Below are positions 39,547 to 48,635 of a stretch of DNA of 64,000 nucleotides, in pieces. Position numbers and translations under genes: made by a program. Origin of the DNA: Candidatus Spongiisociaceae bacterium (lineage in GTDB: Bacteria > Actinomycetota > Acidimicrobiia > Spongiisociales > Spongiisociaceae); contig CBDCOH010000002.1 in the NCBI GenBank assembly GCA_965219685.1, positions 2,400,001 through 2,464,000 of the forward strand, written 5' to 3'. Below the pieces are notes generated by a model. That model was not told where the DNA came from, ran no database searches, and saw only the letters and a program-made list of their open reading frames with translations. How positions within the stretch are numbered: position 1 is the stretch's first letter; every line of letters begins with the position of its first letter.

Positions 39547-41256
39547 TTACTCGGCGTTCACCGGCGGAGCCCCACGAGTGGGTTGGTCGAGAACGACATC
39601 GACGACGTAGGGCGTCGCGGCGTCCATCCCCCGCCGGATGGCCGACCCTAGGTCTCTCGCCGTATCCACCCTCTCGCCCGGCACTCCCAAGGAACCGGCA
39701 AGGGCGACGAAGTCCACCCCCGGCCCTTCGATGTCGATACCCGGTAGGTCCGACCCGCCTTCGCTCCAAGGTCCACCCATGCGGTTGACGATCAGTTCGA
39801 GAACCCGGTAGCCGCCGTTGTTGAGGATGACCGCGAGTACCGGTAGCCCGCGGTTCGCTAGGTTCCAGAGAGCGTGGGGATAGTAGAGAAAGGACCCGTC
39901 TCCCACTGCGACCACGATCTTGCGATCGGGCAGCCCGAGTTGAAGCCCGGCCGCGACGCCCACGGAGAATCCGAGCGATATCCCGTTCGCTCCCATGTAG
40001 GAGAGAGGATCGGCGAACTCGAGCACGTTCACGAACCAGGGCCGGTTCGAAATCGTCTCATCGACGAAGACCCCTCCGGCCGGGAGCGTATCCCGGATCG
40101 CCTTCGCCACCGCGCCCGTGGTCGGCCTCCGCTCGCGGGCCACTTGATCGACTCTCCGATCCCACGCCGCGCGGCGGGTATCAGCATCCGCGCGCACCAT
40201 CCTGGTTCTGGCAGCAACGGATCCGGGAACTCCCGGCCTCCTCTGGAGTGCGGTACAGAGGCGGCGCAGGTTCGATCCGACATCACCGAGCAGGGCTACC
40301 GACGCAGGGTGGTTCTTACCGAGTTCGCCGGGATGGTCGTCGACAGCCACCGTTCGCACATCGAATGGGATCAAGGGTCCGCCGCCGTCGTAGCGTGAGA
40401 CCGGCGCCGCCGCGGTGACACCGCACAGGAGCACGACGTCGGATCGGGCAAATCTGTCCCGCATCTCGGCCGCCAGGTTGGGCATCGGTCCCAGGTACAA
40501 GGGGTGGCGGGAGGGATAGTTCCAGAGCGTCGCATAGCCTTCGGTGTAGACGCGGGCCCCCAGGGCCTCGGCTATGGTCACGACCTTGTCCCATGCGCGG
40601 GCGTGGCCCACCCCGTCGCCGGCCACGATCATCGGCCTCTCGGCCGAGGCGAGCAAGTCGGCAGCTTCCCGGATCCCCGCTTCGTCCGCCATCGAAGCGG
40701 TCGGCGTGGTGACCCTCGCCTGGCCGAGACCGTCGTGCTTCTCCAGAAGGACGTTGGGCGGGACCGACACGAAGACCGGTGCGAACGGTGGGGTGACCAA
40801 CTCCTTGAAGGCCCGCTGCATGACCATCGGCAACTCCTCGAGGAAACGAACCTCGTAGGACCATTTGGTGAACTGCCCGACGATGGCGCGAAGGTCCGAG
40901 GTCAGGATGGGATCCTGGACCAGTAGACCGGTGTGATGCTGGCCGGCGGCTACCAGGAGAGGGACGCGGGCTCGATGGGCGTTGTAGAGGTTGCCGAGAC
41001 CATGAGCGACACCTGGGGTGACGTGGAGGTTCACCACGCCGACCTTGCCCGACGCTCGCGCATACCCGATGGCTTGGGCGACTGCGACGTCCTCGTGAAG
41101 GGAGAGGACGTACTCAATCGACGGGTAGTCGTTGCATCCGTCCACGAGGGGCAATTCCGTGGTGCCCGGGTTGCCGAAGATGTAGCGGACATCCTGGCAG
41201 ACCAGGTATTCGAAGAAGATATCCCGTCCGAGGGCTGTAGGCCGGCTACCCGTCAC
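39547..41256 (-). CDS. TPP-dependent enzyme (benzoylformate decarboxylase-like)
   Basis: FGNPGTTELP, LHEDVAV, GDGSFLY...NN. Confidence 0.9.
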   Translation of the reverse strand: MTGSRPTALGRDIFFEYLVCQDVRYIFGNPGTTELPLVDGCNDYPSIEYVLSLHEDVAVAQAIGYARASGKVGVVNLHVTPGVAHGLGNLYNAHRARVPLLVAAGQHHTGLLVQDPILTSDLRAIVGQFTKWSYEVRFLEELPMVMQRAFKELVTPPFAPVFVSVPPNVLLEKHDGLGQARVTTPTASMADEAGIREAADLLASAERPMIVAGDGVGHARAWDKVVTIAEALGARVYTEGYATLWNYPSRHPLYLGPMPNLAAEMRDRFARSDVVLLCGVTAAAPVSRYDGGGPLIPFDVRTVAVDDHPGELGKNHPASVALLGDVGSNLRRLCTALQRRPGVPGSVAARTRMVRADADTRRAAWDRRVDQVARERRPTTGAVAKAIRDTLPAGGVFVDETISNRPWFVNVLEFADPLSYMGANGISLGFSVGVAAGLQLGLPDRKIVVAVGDGSFLYYPHALWNLANRGLPVLAVILNNGGYRVLELIVNRMGGPWSEGGSDLPGIDIEGPGVDFVALAGSLGVPGERVDTARDLGSAIRRGMDAATPYVVDVVLDQPTRGAPPVNAE

Positions 41257-41271
41257 CGGAGGGTGTCTCCT

Positions 41272-41305
41272 TGAACTCGCGAACCGATATCGGAGGACGT
41301 TACCG
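41272..41305. promoter_or_regulatory. CGATATCG-N5 operator array, site 10
   Basis: TGAACTCG cgaac CGATATCG gagga CGTTACCG in a divergent gap. Confidence 0.75.
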
Positions 41306-41371
41306 ATGCACTAGGGTGGTGTCAATCGGCGTCCGCCGGGCACGATCATCGCCGAACCAAAGGGTAGGACC

Positions 41372-42556
41372 ATGGAAGCATCGCGACGCGCCGGCCCCTT
41401 CGAGCTCACCGATGAACAGCAACAACTTCGAGCCCTGGCAGGCGACCTAGCGCGGACGATCTATGCGCCCCGCGCACGGGAATGGGATGCGGCCGAGGCC
41501 CACCTGCCCGATGAGGAGCGGCGGCGACTCGGCGAACTCGGATTGCTCGGTATCACGCTTCCCGAAGAGCACGGAGGGATGGGACGGCCGCTGATCGACG
41601 CCCTGATCGTGATCGAAGAACTGGCCAAGGCCACCCAGGTGGCCGCCTGGCCGGTGTTCGAAGCCACCACCGGACCCGCCCGCGTCATAGACCTGTTCGG
41701 CACCGAAGAGCAGAAGCGCCGCTGGCTCCCTCCGGTCTGTCGAGGAGAGAAGACGATCGCGGTTTCCATCTCCGAGCCGGATGCCGGTTCGGCCGCCACC
41801 GACATGTCCACCCGGGCGCGGGTCGACGGCGACGAGATCGTGATCGACGGCATGAAGCGATGGTGCTCCGGGGCCGGCTACTCCGAACAGTACCTCGTAT
41901 ACGTACGACTCGGGGAGGAACTCGGCTCCCGTGGCATCGGCGCCGTCGTCGTCGATCAGGACACACCCGGTCTCGAGTTCGGACCGCAGGAACGGCTGAT
42001 GGGGTTCCGGGGTATCGGATCGGCCGACATGTTCTTCAACGGGGTGCGGATTCCTCGTGAGGACCTGCTGGTCGCCAAGGGCGGATTCTCGAAGCTGTTC
42101 ACCGCGTTCTCCATCGAGCGTCTCGGCAACGCCACGATGGCCCTCGCGATCGGGCAGACGGCTTTGGACCGATCCGCCCGCTACGTACAGGAGCGACGCC
42201 AATTCGGACGGCCCGTCGCCGAGTTCCAACTCGTGCAGGCGGCCATCGCCGACATGGTCATGCAGGTCGAGGCGGCGCGGCTGCTCATCCATCGGGCTGC
42301 GATCTCGGCCGGGAGGGGAGCACCTCCGGCCTTGGAGGCGTCGGTGGCCAAGTGCTACGCCAACGAGATGGCCAAGCGGGTCTCCGATCTCGGCATCCAG
42401 CTACACGGCGGCTACGGCTACTCAGTCGAGTTCGACATGGAGCGCCTCCACCGGGATGCGCACGGTTGGGCTCTCGCCGGCGGTACCACCAACATCCAGC
42501 GGGTGAGGATCGCGTCGGAGTACCTGGGACGCCGCTTCGGCCAACGCAGGAACTGA
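41372..42556 (+). CDS. Acyl-CoA dehydrogenase
   Basis: SEPDAGS, DGMKRW, RRQFGRP, QLHGGYGY, GGTTNIQR. Confidence 0.93.
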   Translation: MEASRRAGPFELTDEQQQLRALAGDLARTIYAPRAREWDAAEAHLPDEERRRLGELGLLGITLPEEHGGMGRPLIDALIVIEELAKATQVAAWPVFEATTGPARVIDLFGTEEQKRRWLPPVCRGEKTIAVSISEPDAGSAATDMSTRARVDGDEIVIDGMKRWCSGAGYSEQYLVYVRLGEELGSRGIGAVVVDQDTPGLEFGPQERLMGFRGIGSADMFFNGVRIPREDLLVAKGGFSKLFTAFSIERLGNATMALAIGQTALDRSARYVQERRQFGRPVAEFQLVQAAIADMVMQVEAARLLIHRAAISAGRGAPPALEASVAKCYANEMAKRVSDLGIQLHGGYGYSVEFDMERLHRDAHGWALAGGTTNIQRVRIASEYLGRRFGQRRN

Positions 42557-42562
42557 CGCTGG

Positions 42563-43747
42563 TCAGGGAAGGAGCGCGTCGGCGGCCGCTTCGATACGTT
42601 CCATCGCCTCGTCGAGGCGGGCATCGGGAATGGTGAGGGAGAACCTGACGTAACCCTCGCCGTAGCGGCCGTAGCCGATTCCCGGGATCGCCACCACCGC
42701 GGTGTGCTCGAGTAACCGGGTGAAGAAGTCCATGCTGCCGATCCCTGTGGGGAGGGGCGCCCACACGTAGAAGGTTCCGGGAGGCGGATCCACCTCCAGG
42801 CCGATCCGGCGCAGGGTGGCCACCACCCTGTCGCGTCTCCGCCGGTAGATAGTCATCTTGGCCCGTAACACGGAGTCGGGAGTCCCGAGGGCGACGATAG
42901 AAGCCTGCTGGACGGCGCCGAACACGCCGGCGTCCGTGTTCAGCTTCATGCTCCGGATCATGCCGACGATCTCGGGATTGCCGACCGCCATCCCGCTGCG
43001 CCACCCGGTCATGTTGTAGGACTTGGACAGGCTGTTGAACTCGACGGCGACGTCCTTGGCCCCGTCGACGGACAGGACACTGGGCGCCGGAACGCTTCCG
43101 AACGTGATATCTGCGTAGGGGTTGTCGCTCACCAGGATGGTGCCCGTCCGGCGGGCGAACTCCACCGCTTTCGCGAAGAACTCGAGCGAGGCGACCGCCG
43201 CAGTCGGATTGTTCGGATAGGAGATCCAGATGGCCCTTGCGCTGGTCGCGAGGTCCCGGGGAATCGAGTCGAAATCGATGAGGAATCCGTTCTCGGCCAG
43301 GAGCGGCACCTTTCGCACCTCGGCCCCCGCCAGGATGGCGGCCGCCTCGTAGGCGGGGAAGGCAGGATCGGGAACAAGGACCACATCCCCCGGGTTGAGG
43401 GCACCCATACAGAAGTGGAGGTTTGCCTCCTTGCTGCCCATCAAAGGCAGCACATCGGTTTCGGGATCGACGGCGACATCGAACCGGCGCTCGTACCAGG
43501 CGGAGATCGCGGAGCGGAACTCCGGCAACCCGCGGGCCAGGCCATGGGGATACTGGTGGTTCACCGGATCCTGGGCCGCTTCCAGGAGAGCCTCCACCAC
43601 ATGCGGCGGGGTCGGGAGGTCGGGGTCGCCCTTCCCCAGGTCTATCACATCCCGACCCGCCTGGAGGGCCTCCGACACCCGGCGATGTATCTCCACGTAG
43701 ACATAAGGCGGTAGGGATTCGAGGCGCTGAGATCTGGCCAGGTCCAT
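42563..43747 (-). CDS. Class I aminotransferase, LL-diaminopimelate aminotransferase-like
   Basis: LPPYVY, IDLGKGDPD.PTP, GSKE, YPNNPT, SLSKSYNMTGWR. Confidence 0.85.
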   Translation of the reverse strand: MDLARSQRLESLPPYVYVEIHRRVSEALQAGRDVIDLGKGDPDLPTPPHVVEALLEAAQDPVNHQYPHGLARGLPEFRSAISAWYERRFDVAVDPETDVLPLMGSKEANLHFCMGALNPGDVVLVPDPAFPAYEAAAILAGAEVRKVPLLAENGFLIDFDSIPRDLATSARAIWISYPNNPTAAVASLEFFAKAVEFARRTGTILVSDNPYADITFGSVPAPSVLSVDGAKDVAVEFNSLSKSYNMTGWRSGMAVGNPEIVGMIRSMKLNTDAGVFGAVQQASIVALGTPDSVLRAKMTIYRRRRDRVVATLRRIGLEVDPPPGTFYVWAPLPTGIGSMDFFTRLLEHTAVVAIPGIGYGRYGEGYVRFSLTIPDARLDEAMERIEAAADALLP

Positions 43748-43782
43748 CGGCAGGTCCACGGAGTCGGCGGTCCCGGTGAGGC

Positions 43783-43816
43783 TAGCATCGAGACCCGATA
43801 TCGGTACACGAAACCG
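43783..43816. promoter_or_regulatory. CGATATCG-N5 operator array, site 11
   Basis: TAGCATCG agacc CGATATCG gtaca CGAAACCG in a divergent gap. Confidence 0.75.
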
Positions 43817-43830
43817 GGTGAGGAGCGGCG

Positions 43831-45225
43831 ATGGGGACGGGTGGGGTAGGCCATGGACAGCTGGAGCGAAGCGGCCGCGACTTCGCCCCGGTGCCTTACC
43901 CGACCCAGACCGAACGGCTCGCCGCACATGTGGTGGGGCTCCGTTACGACGACATCCCGCGACCCGCCGTGGACAAGATGAAGGACCACATCGTCCATCA
44001 CCTCGGACTGGCCCTGCGGGGTCTCGGCACCGGAGAAGGCCGCCAAGCCATCCGGATCGCCGAGTCCTTCCGCCATGGGGGATCTGCCACCATCGTCGGC
44101 AGGCGAACCCGGACGGCTCCCCTGGAGGCCACCTTCGCCAACACGACCCTCATGCGTTCCGACTTCCTCGACGATGTGCTCTTTCCCGCCGGTGTCCACG
44201 CCGCTCTCGTGACCCTCCCACCTGCGCTGGCCGTCGCAGAGGAACGCCATCGGTCCGGAAAGGAGTTGCTCACCGCCCTGGTCGCCGCCTACGACGTGAT
44301 CGGCAAGCTGGGAAACGCGGCCGGAATACGCTCGGCGAGGGCGCCGAGAAGACCGACAATTCCCTTCGGACCCTTCGGCGGCGCGGCGGCGGTCGCCCGC
44401 CTGCTCGGCTTGTCGAAACACCCGACCGCCCACGCCCTGGGCTACGCGGCGCACTCGGGCATGGGCCTCAGCGAGGGTGATTTCGTCACTCACTACTACA
44501 GCCTGGTGGCCAGGAACGGCCTGATGGCAGCGCTGGCGGCCGACCATGGGGGGCAAGCGGCCCTGGCGGTGATGGAGGGTCGGTTCGGCTTCTGGAACAC
44601 ATTCTTCACGGGAGTTCCCCCGACCCTGGACGACTCGCTCGCCACCTTGGGTAAGGAGTTCGAGATCATGAACGCCACGACCAAGCGTTACCCGGGTACG
44701 GGGCTGAATATCGTCCCGATCGAACTCACCACCCACTTGGTGGAGGACCATTCCCTGACCGTTGCGAATACCCGCTCGGTGACCGTGTTCCTGCCCGCCG
44801 AGCGGGAGAGCTTCGTCACGGGCCACATGCAGCCCCCCTTCGAAAGCGAAGCGGCGGCCCGCAGCTCGCTGGTTCTGGCCATCGCCACCATCCTCGCGAC
44901 CGGCCGGATCGACCCGGCGCTTGTCAAGCAGTACGCCCGTCCGGATCTGGTGGAACTCTGCAGCCGGATCCGCGTGGTCCTGGAGGAGGGCCATCCCATC
45001 CGCTACGCCCGGATCGAGATCGCCACCCGCGACGGACGCTCGCTAGCCGCCCAGGGACATGACCACTCCTTCGATCCGGCGGAGTGGCTCCGCTGGATCT
45101 CCATCGGCGGAACCGATGTCCTCGGACGCGATGCGCTCGCCGCGCTGGTGGAGACAATGGATCGCCTCGAAGACCTTGACGACGTAGCCGACTTGACAAC
45201 CTTGCTCCGACCTCCCGATAGTTGA
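43831..45225 (+). CDS. MmgE/PrpD family protein (4)
   Basis: MKDHIVHHLGL, EATFAN, DFLDD..PAGVH, MEGRFGF, KRYPG. Confidence 0.88.
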   Translation: MGTGGVGHGQLERSGRDFAPVPYPTQTERLAAHVVGLRYDDIPRPAVDKMKDHIVHHLGLALRGLGTGEGRQAIRIAESFRHGGSATIVGRRTRTAPLEATFANTTLMRSDFLDDVLFPAGVHAALVTLPPALAVAEERHRSGKELLTALVAAYDVIGKLGNAAGIRSARAPRRPTIPFGPFGGAAAVARLLGLSKHPTAHALGYAAHSGMGLSEGDFVTHYYSLVARNGLMAALAADHGGQAALAVMEGRFGFWNTFFTGVPPTLDDSLATLGKEFEIMNATTKRYPGTGLNIVPIELTTHLVEDHSLTVANTRSVTVFLPAERESFVTGHMQPPFESEAAARSSLVLAIATILATGRIDPALVKQYARPDLVELCSRIRVVLEEGHPIRYARIEIATRDGRSLAAQGHDHSFDPAEWLRWISIGGTDVLGRDALAALVETMDRLEDLDDVADLTTLLRPPDS

Positions 45226-45361
45226 TAGATGATAGTTGATAATTGATAGTTTCCGTTAGATCGGATCATTCACCATCCTCAATAGCAAGGCACTATCCAT
45301 CGATGAGCCACCAGCCATTAGCAAAACTCACAACTACTAACTAATAACTACCAACTATTAA
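45217..45361. repeat. Two facing heptamer arrays between convergent genes
   Basis: + strand GATAGTT GATAGAT GATAGTT GATAATT GATAGTT (45217-45251); CTCACAA CTACTAA CTAATAA CTACCAA CTATTAA (45327-45361). Confidence 0.8.
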
Positions 45362-46082
45362 GTAGCTCCCGTCCGAACAGTGACTGATGGGTCGACGTCA
45401 CCAGGGAGTAGAGATCGAAGATGGGGAGGCCGGTCGCGCGCCGCATCGCGTTGCCCCAAGGAACGAAGTTCGTGCACTCGAGGACGATCGCGCCCACATC
45501 AGGATGCTCCTCGACCTGGCGGCGAGCCAGCGCCACCAGCTCTGCCTCCAGCACGGCGGTGTCGGCGACAACCGTCTGGTCGATGTACACCTGTGGGAAG
45601 ACGGCATCCCTCGGCATGGATGTGACGACCGTGTCGACTTCCCCCGGTTGCCAGCCCATGCCGACGAAGTGGCGGTCGGTGAGGTGCGGGCGTTCGGTCA
45701 GGATCCCGACCTTCCGTCCCGGCCCGACGAGCCGGCCCGCCAACGGGACCTGGAGCAGGGCGGAGGTGAGCATCGGGACGCCGACGCTCGCCTGCATCGC
45801 CCGGTGGAAGACCGATAGGAAACCACAGCTGGTGGTGATCGCCCTCACTCCCTTCGCCTCCAACTCTCTCGCGCCTTCGATGAAGGGGGCGAGCAGCGTC
45901 GGGTCGGGCTCCGAACCCATGATCCTGCTCGTGTCGGCCCCCTTCACGACCTTGTAGAGAACCGGGAACGGCCACGTCAGGGCGTTTCCCACGTCGCCGG
46001 GTGGTCTGGGACAGGTCGTGTCGAGCATGAGGATCCCGATGTCGTGGCCGTAAACGGTACGGCCGCCTTTCACTATCGCCAT
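45348..46082 (-). CDS. Asp/Glu racemase-family protein (2)
   Basis: GGRTVYG, GILMLDT, TSCGF, ECTNF. Confidence 0.85.
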   Translation of the reverse strand: MAIVKGGRTVYGHDIGILMLDTTCPRPPGDVGNALTWPFPVLYKVVKGADTSRIMGSEPDPTLLAPFIEGARELEAKGVRAITTSCGFLSVFHRAMQASVGVPMLTSALLQVPLAGRLVGPGRKVGILTERPHLTDRHFVGMGWQPGEVDTVVTSMPRDAVFPQVYIDQTVVADTAVLEAELVALARRQVEEHPDVGAIVLECTNFVPWGNAMRRATGLPIFDLYSLVTSTHQSLFGRELLNSW

Positions 46083-46139
46083 CGCCCTCCTTCAGCCACG
46101 GGCGCCAGACCCCCACTCGGGAGCCCGAGACTATCAACC

Positions 46140-46173
46140 TGATTACGAACCCCGATATCATGATCCGAGTTCG
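46140..46173. promoter_or_regulatory. CGATATCG-N5 operator array, site 12
   Basis: TGATTACG aaccc CGATATCA tgatc CGAGTTCG in a divergent gap. Confidence 0.72.
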
Positions 46174-46198
46174 AGTTTCGTCACCGGAACGGAGCGCG

Positions 46199-47476
46199 AT
46201 GAGGCTCACATACGAAGACCTCGAGATGCTGGACGGCAAGCAGGGAGAGGCCCGGCGCCGGGCGATGGAGGGACTCGTCCAGTTGGGCGCGGCCTTCGGG
46301 GCGGAAGACCTGGTGTCGATCGGGTACGCCCACGTGCATCCGGGCATGGCCATGTACGCCCAGGATGTGGAGTTGCTCGAGGAATTGGTGGATCTCGGCG
46401 GGCAGGTTGTGGTCCCGACCACGGCCAACGTCACCAACGTCGACACGGAGAACTGGAGGCAGACGGGAGCCCCCGAATCGCTGGCCCGGCTCCACATGCG
46501 GGGGGTACGAGCCCACAAGGCTCTCGGCTGCGTGAGCGCCATGACCTGTACACCCTATTGGGCCGGGCATTGGCCGACGTGGAACATGCACATGACCTCG
46601 ATCGAGTCCGGGGTCACGGTGTTCTGCAACTCGGTGCTCGGCGCCCGCTCGAACCGGGACGGTTTCTTCAGCGTCTACGCGGCATTGACCGGCCGCTATC
46701 CCCGCTTCGGCTACCACCTCGACGAGAACCGGGCGGGCACGCATCTGGTTACGGTGGAGACCCCCCTGGACAACACGACCGACTTCAGTTGCCTGGGCTA
46801 CCACCTGGGACCGCTGGTCGGGACCGGCGTACCGGTCTTCACCGGCTTCTCCAGGCGTCCCTCACTCGACGAACTGGACGCTTTGGGAGCGGGTCTCGCC
46901 ACAACCGGAGGCGTATCCATGTTCATCGTCCCCGGCATCACACCCCCGTACCAGTCGAAGAGCCAGGCCATGGCGGGCAATCGGGCTCCGGTGGAGATCC
47001 GCGTAGGGCCTCCCGACATCGACCGGGTATACGACTCCTTCTCCTCGTCTCCAGCCGGATCCCGGATCGACTTCGTCCATATCGGATGTCCCCATGCCTC
47101 CTTCCAGGAGATGAAGGAGTACACTGCGCTGCTCTCCGGACGGACCGTCCACCCCGACGTGGAACTGTGGATCACCACCAGCGGCGCCGTCAAGGCCCTG
47201 TGCGCACGGGAAGGATTGATCGACACGCTCACCGATGCAGGCGCCAAGGTCATAACCGACACCTGCCCGATGTCATGCCATTTCGCGCGGACAACCTCGC
47301 CGGATCCCGGGATCGTGCTTCCCGAGCCCCACATCCGCCGGATGGTCGTGGACTCCGCCAAACAGGCCAAGTACAGCCGCGACATGATCATGTGCGAGAC
47401 CCTCCTGGCAACGACCACCTCCGCAGTCGCGACCGCAATCTCCGGGCGGCTCGTGACAGGGAGGGCCCACCCGTGA
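46199..47476 (+). CDS. Aconitase X catalytic (large) subunit
   Basis: MLDGKQGEA, MTCTPY, ESG...NSVLGARSNR, IGCPHAS, DTCP, DSAKQAKY. Confidence 0.9.
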   Translation: MRLTYEDLEMLDGKQGEARRRAMEGLVQLGAAFGAEDLVSIGYAHVHPGMAMYAQDVELLEELVDLGGQVVVPTTANVTNVDTENWRQTGAPESLARLHMRGVRAHKALGCVSAMTCTPYWAGHWPTWNMHMTSIESGVTVFCNSVLGARSNRDGFFSVYAALTGRYPRFGYHLDENRAGTHLVTVETPLDNTTDFSCLGYHLGPLVGTGVPVFTGFSRRPSLDELDALGAGLATTGGVSMFIVPGITPPYQSKSQAMAGNRAPVEIRVGPPDIDRVYDSFSSSPAGSRIDFVHIGCPHASFQEMKEYTALLSGRTVHPDVELWITTSGAVKALCAREGLIDTLTDAGAKVITDTCPMSCHFARTTSPDPGIVLPEPHIRRMVVDSAKQAKYSRDMIMCETLLATTTSAVATAISGRLVTGRAHP

Positions 47477-47910
47477 ACGGTCGGTACCGGATCGCGGCGC
47501 GTGGCATCGTCCCCGGCAAGGCGTCGGGCCCCGCCCTCGTCTCGACCGAAGGCCTCTCCTTCCTGGGGGATCTCGACATCAGGAGCGGCCGGGTCGTGAA
47601 CAGGACGCACGAGATGCGGGGCCGCAGCGTGACCGGGACGGTTCTGGTGCTCCCGCACAGCGTGGGTTCGGCGGGGGCATGGCGTTTCCTCTACCAGTTG
47701 CAGGTACACGGCACGCACCCGGTGGCAATCGTCCAGAACGCTCTGCCCGACTCCTCGCTCGTCCAGGGCGCCATCCTCGGCGGTATACCGGTGGTATGCG
47801 AGCCCGAAGTGGACGTGACCACCGCGATCCGTTCGGGGGACACAGTCGAGGTAGACGGCGGGACGGGCGTCGTGAGCATATGGCCGGGACTATCGGGGGT
47901 ACCGGCATGA
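47473..47910 (+). CDS. Aconitase X swivel (small, DUF126) subunit
   Basis: GKASGPALVS..GLSFLG...GSAG...GDTVEVDG..G; GTGA overlap with the large subunit. Confidence 0.88.
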   Translation: MNGRYRIAARGIVPGKASGPALVSTEGLSFLGDLDIRSGRVVNRTHEMRGRSVTGTVLVLPHSVGSAGAWRFLYQLQVHGTHPVAIVQNALPDSSLVQGAILGGIPVVCEPEVDVTTAIRSGDTVEVDGGTGVVSIWPGLSGVPA

Positions 47911-48635
47911 TCGACGGAGGACGAACGGTCTACGGCTTCGAACTCGGAGTCCTGATGCTGGACACCGTATTCCCACGGCTGGTCGGGGATGTGGGGAATG
48001 CCGGCACCTGGCCCTTTCCGGTCCGGTACCGGGTCGTACGGGGGGCGACCTCCCGCCGGGTCGTCCAGGAACCGGACGACGCGCTACTCGGCCTGTTCAT
48101 AGACGGCGCCAGGGATCTCGAGCGGGACGGAGTGCGGATGATCACCACCAGTTGCGGATTCCTCGCCCTTTACCAGAAGGAACTAGCGGCAGCCGTCTCC
48201 GTCCCGTTCCTCTCCTCTTCCCTGCTCCAGGTACCCGATGCCGCCCGGCTCATCGGGCCCGATCGCAAGGTCGGCATCCTGACCATGAGCCGGGACGACC
48301 TCACCGAGGCACACTATGCGGCGCTCGGGTGGTCATCGACCGACCTACCGGTGATCGTGTCGTCCTCCGCCCCCGGGGCACTGTTCTGGGAGACCTATCT
48401 GGTGGGCCGCCCGAGTGTCGATCCCGCGGCCCTCGAGGGGGAACTGGTCGACCTCTGTGGCGACCTCGTGGCCGGCAATCCCGAGGTGGGGGCTCTGGTT
48501 CTGGAGTGCACCAACTTCGGCCCGTTCGCTCCGGCTCTCCGCAAGGAGTTCGGTCTTCCGGTCTATGACCTGGCAACGCTCGTACTCCAGACCCGCATGG
48601 CGATATCGGGCGCCGGATTCGAGGCCATCCGATGA
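47907..48635 (+). CDS. Asp/Glu racemase-family protein (3)
   Basis: GGRTVYG, GVLMLDTVFPR, TSCGF, ECTNF; ATGA overlap. Confidence 0.87.
   Translation: MIDGGRTVYGFELGVLMLDTVFPRLVGDVGNAGTWPFPVRYRVVRGATSRRVVQEPDDALLGLFIDGARDLERDGVRMITTSCGFLALYQKELAAAVSVPFLSSSLLQVPDAARLIGPDRKVGILTMSRDDLTEAHYAALGWSSTDLPVIVSSSAPGALFWETYLVGRPSVDPAALEGELVDLCGDLVAGNPEVGALVLECTNFGPFAPALRKEFGLPVYDLATLVLQTRMAISGAGFEAIR

Noticed and set aside
5340-46173. GATATC as a restriction-methylation site explaining the motif
   Set aside because: Fixed 13-bp periodicity, tolerated degeneracy and promoter-region location fit a transcription-factor site; no methylase is in the window
48601-48621. CGATATCG ggcgc CGGATTCG just upstream of the first Ldh_2 gene
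   Set aside because: Lies within coding sequence of a coupled operon and the second half-site is weak; not counted, though it could be an internal site
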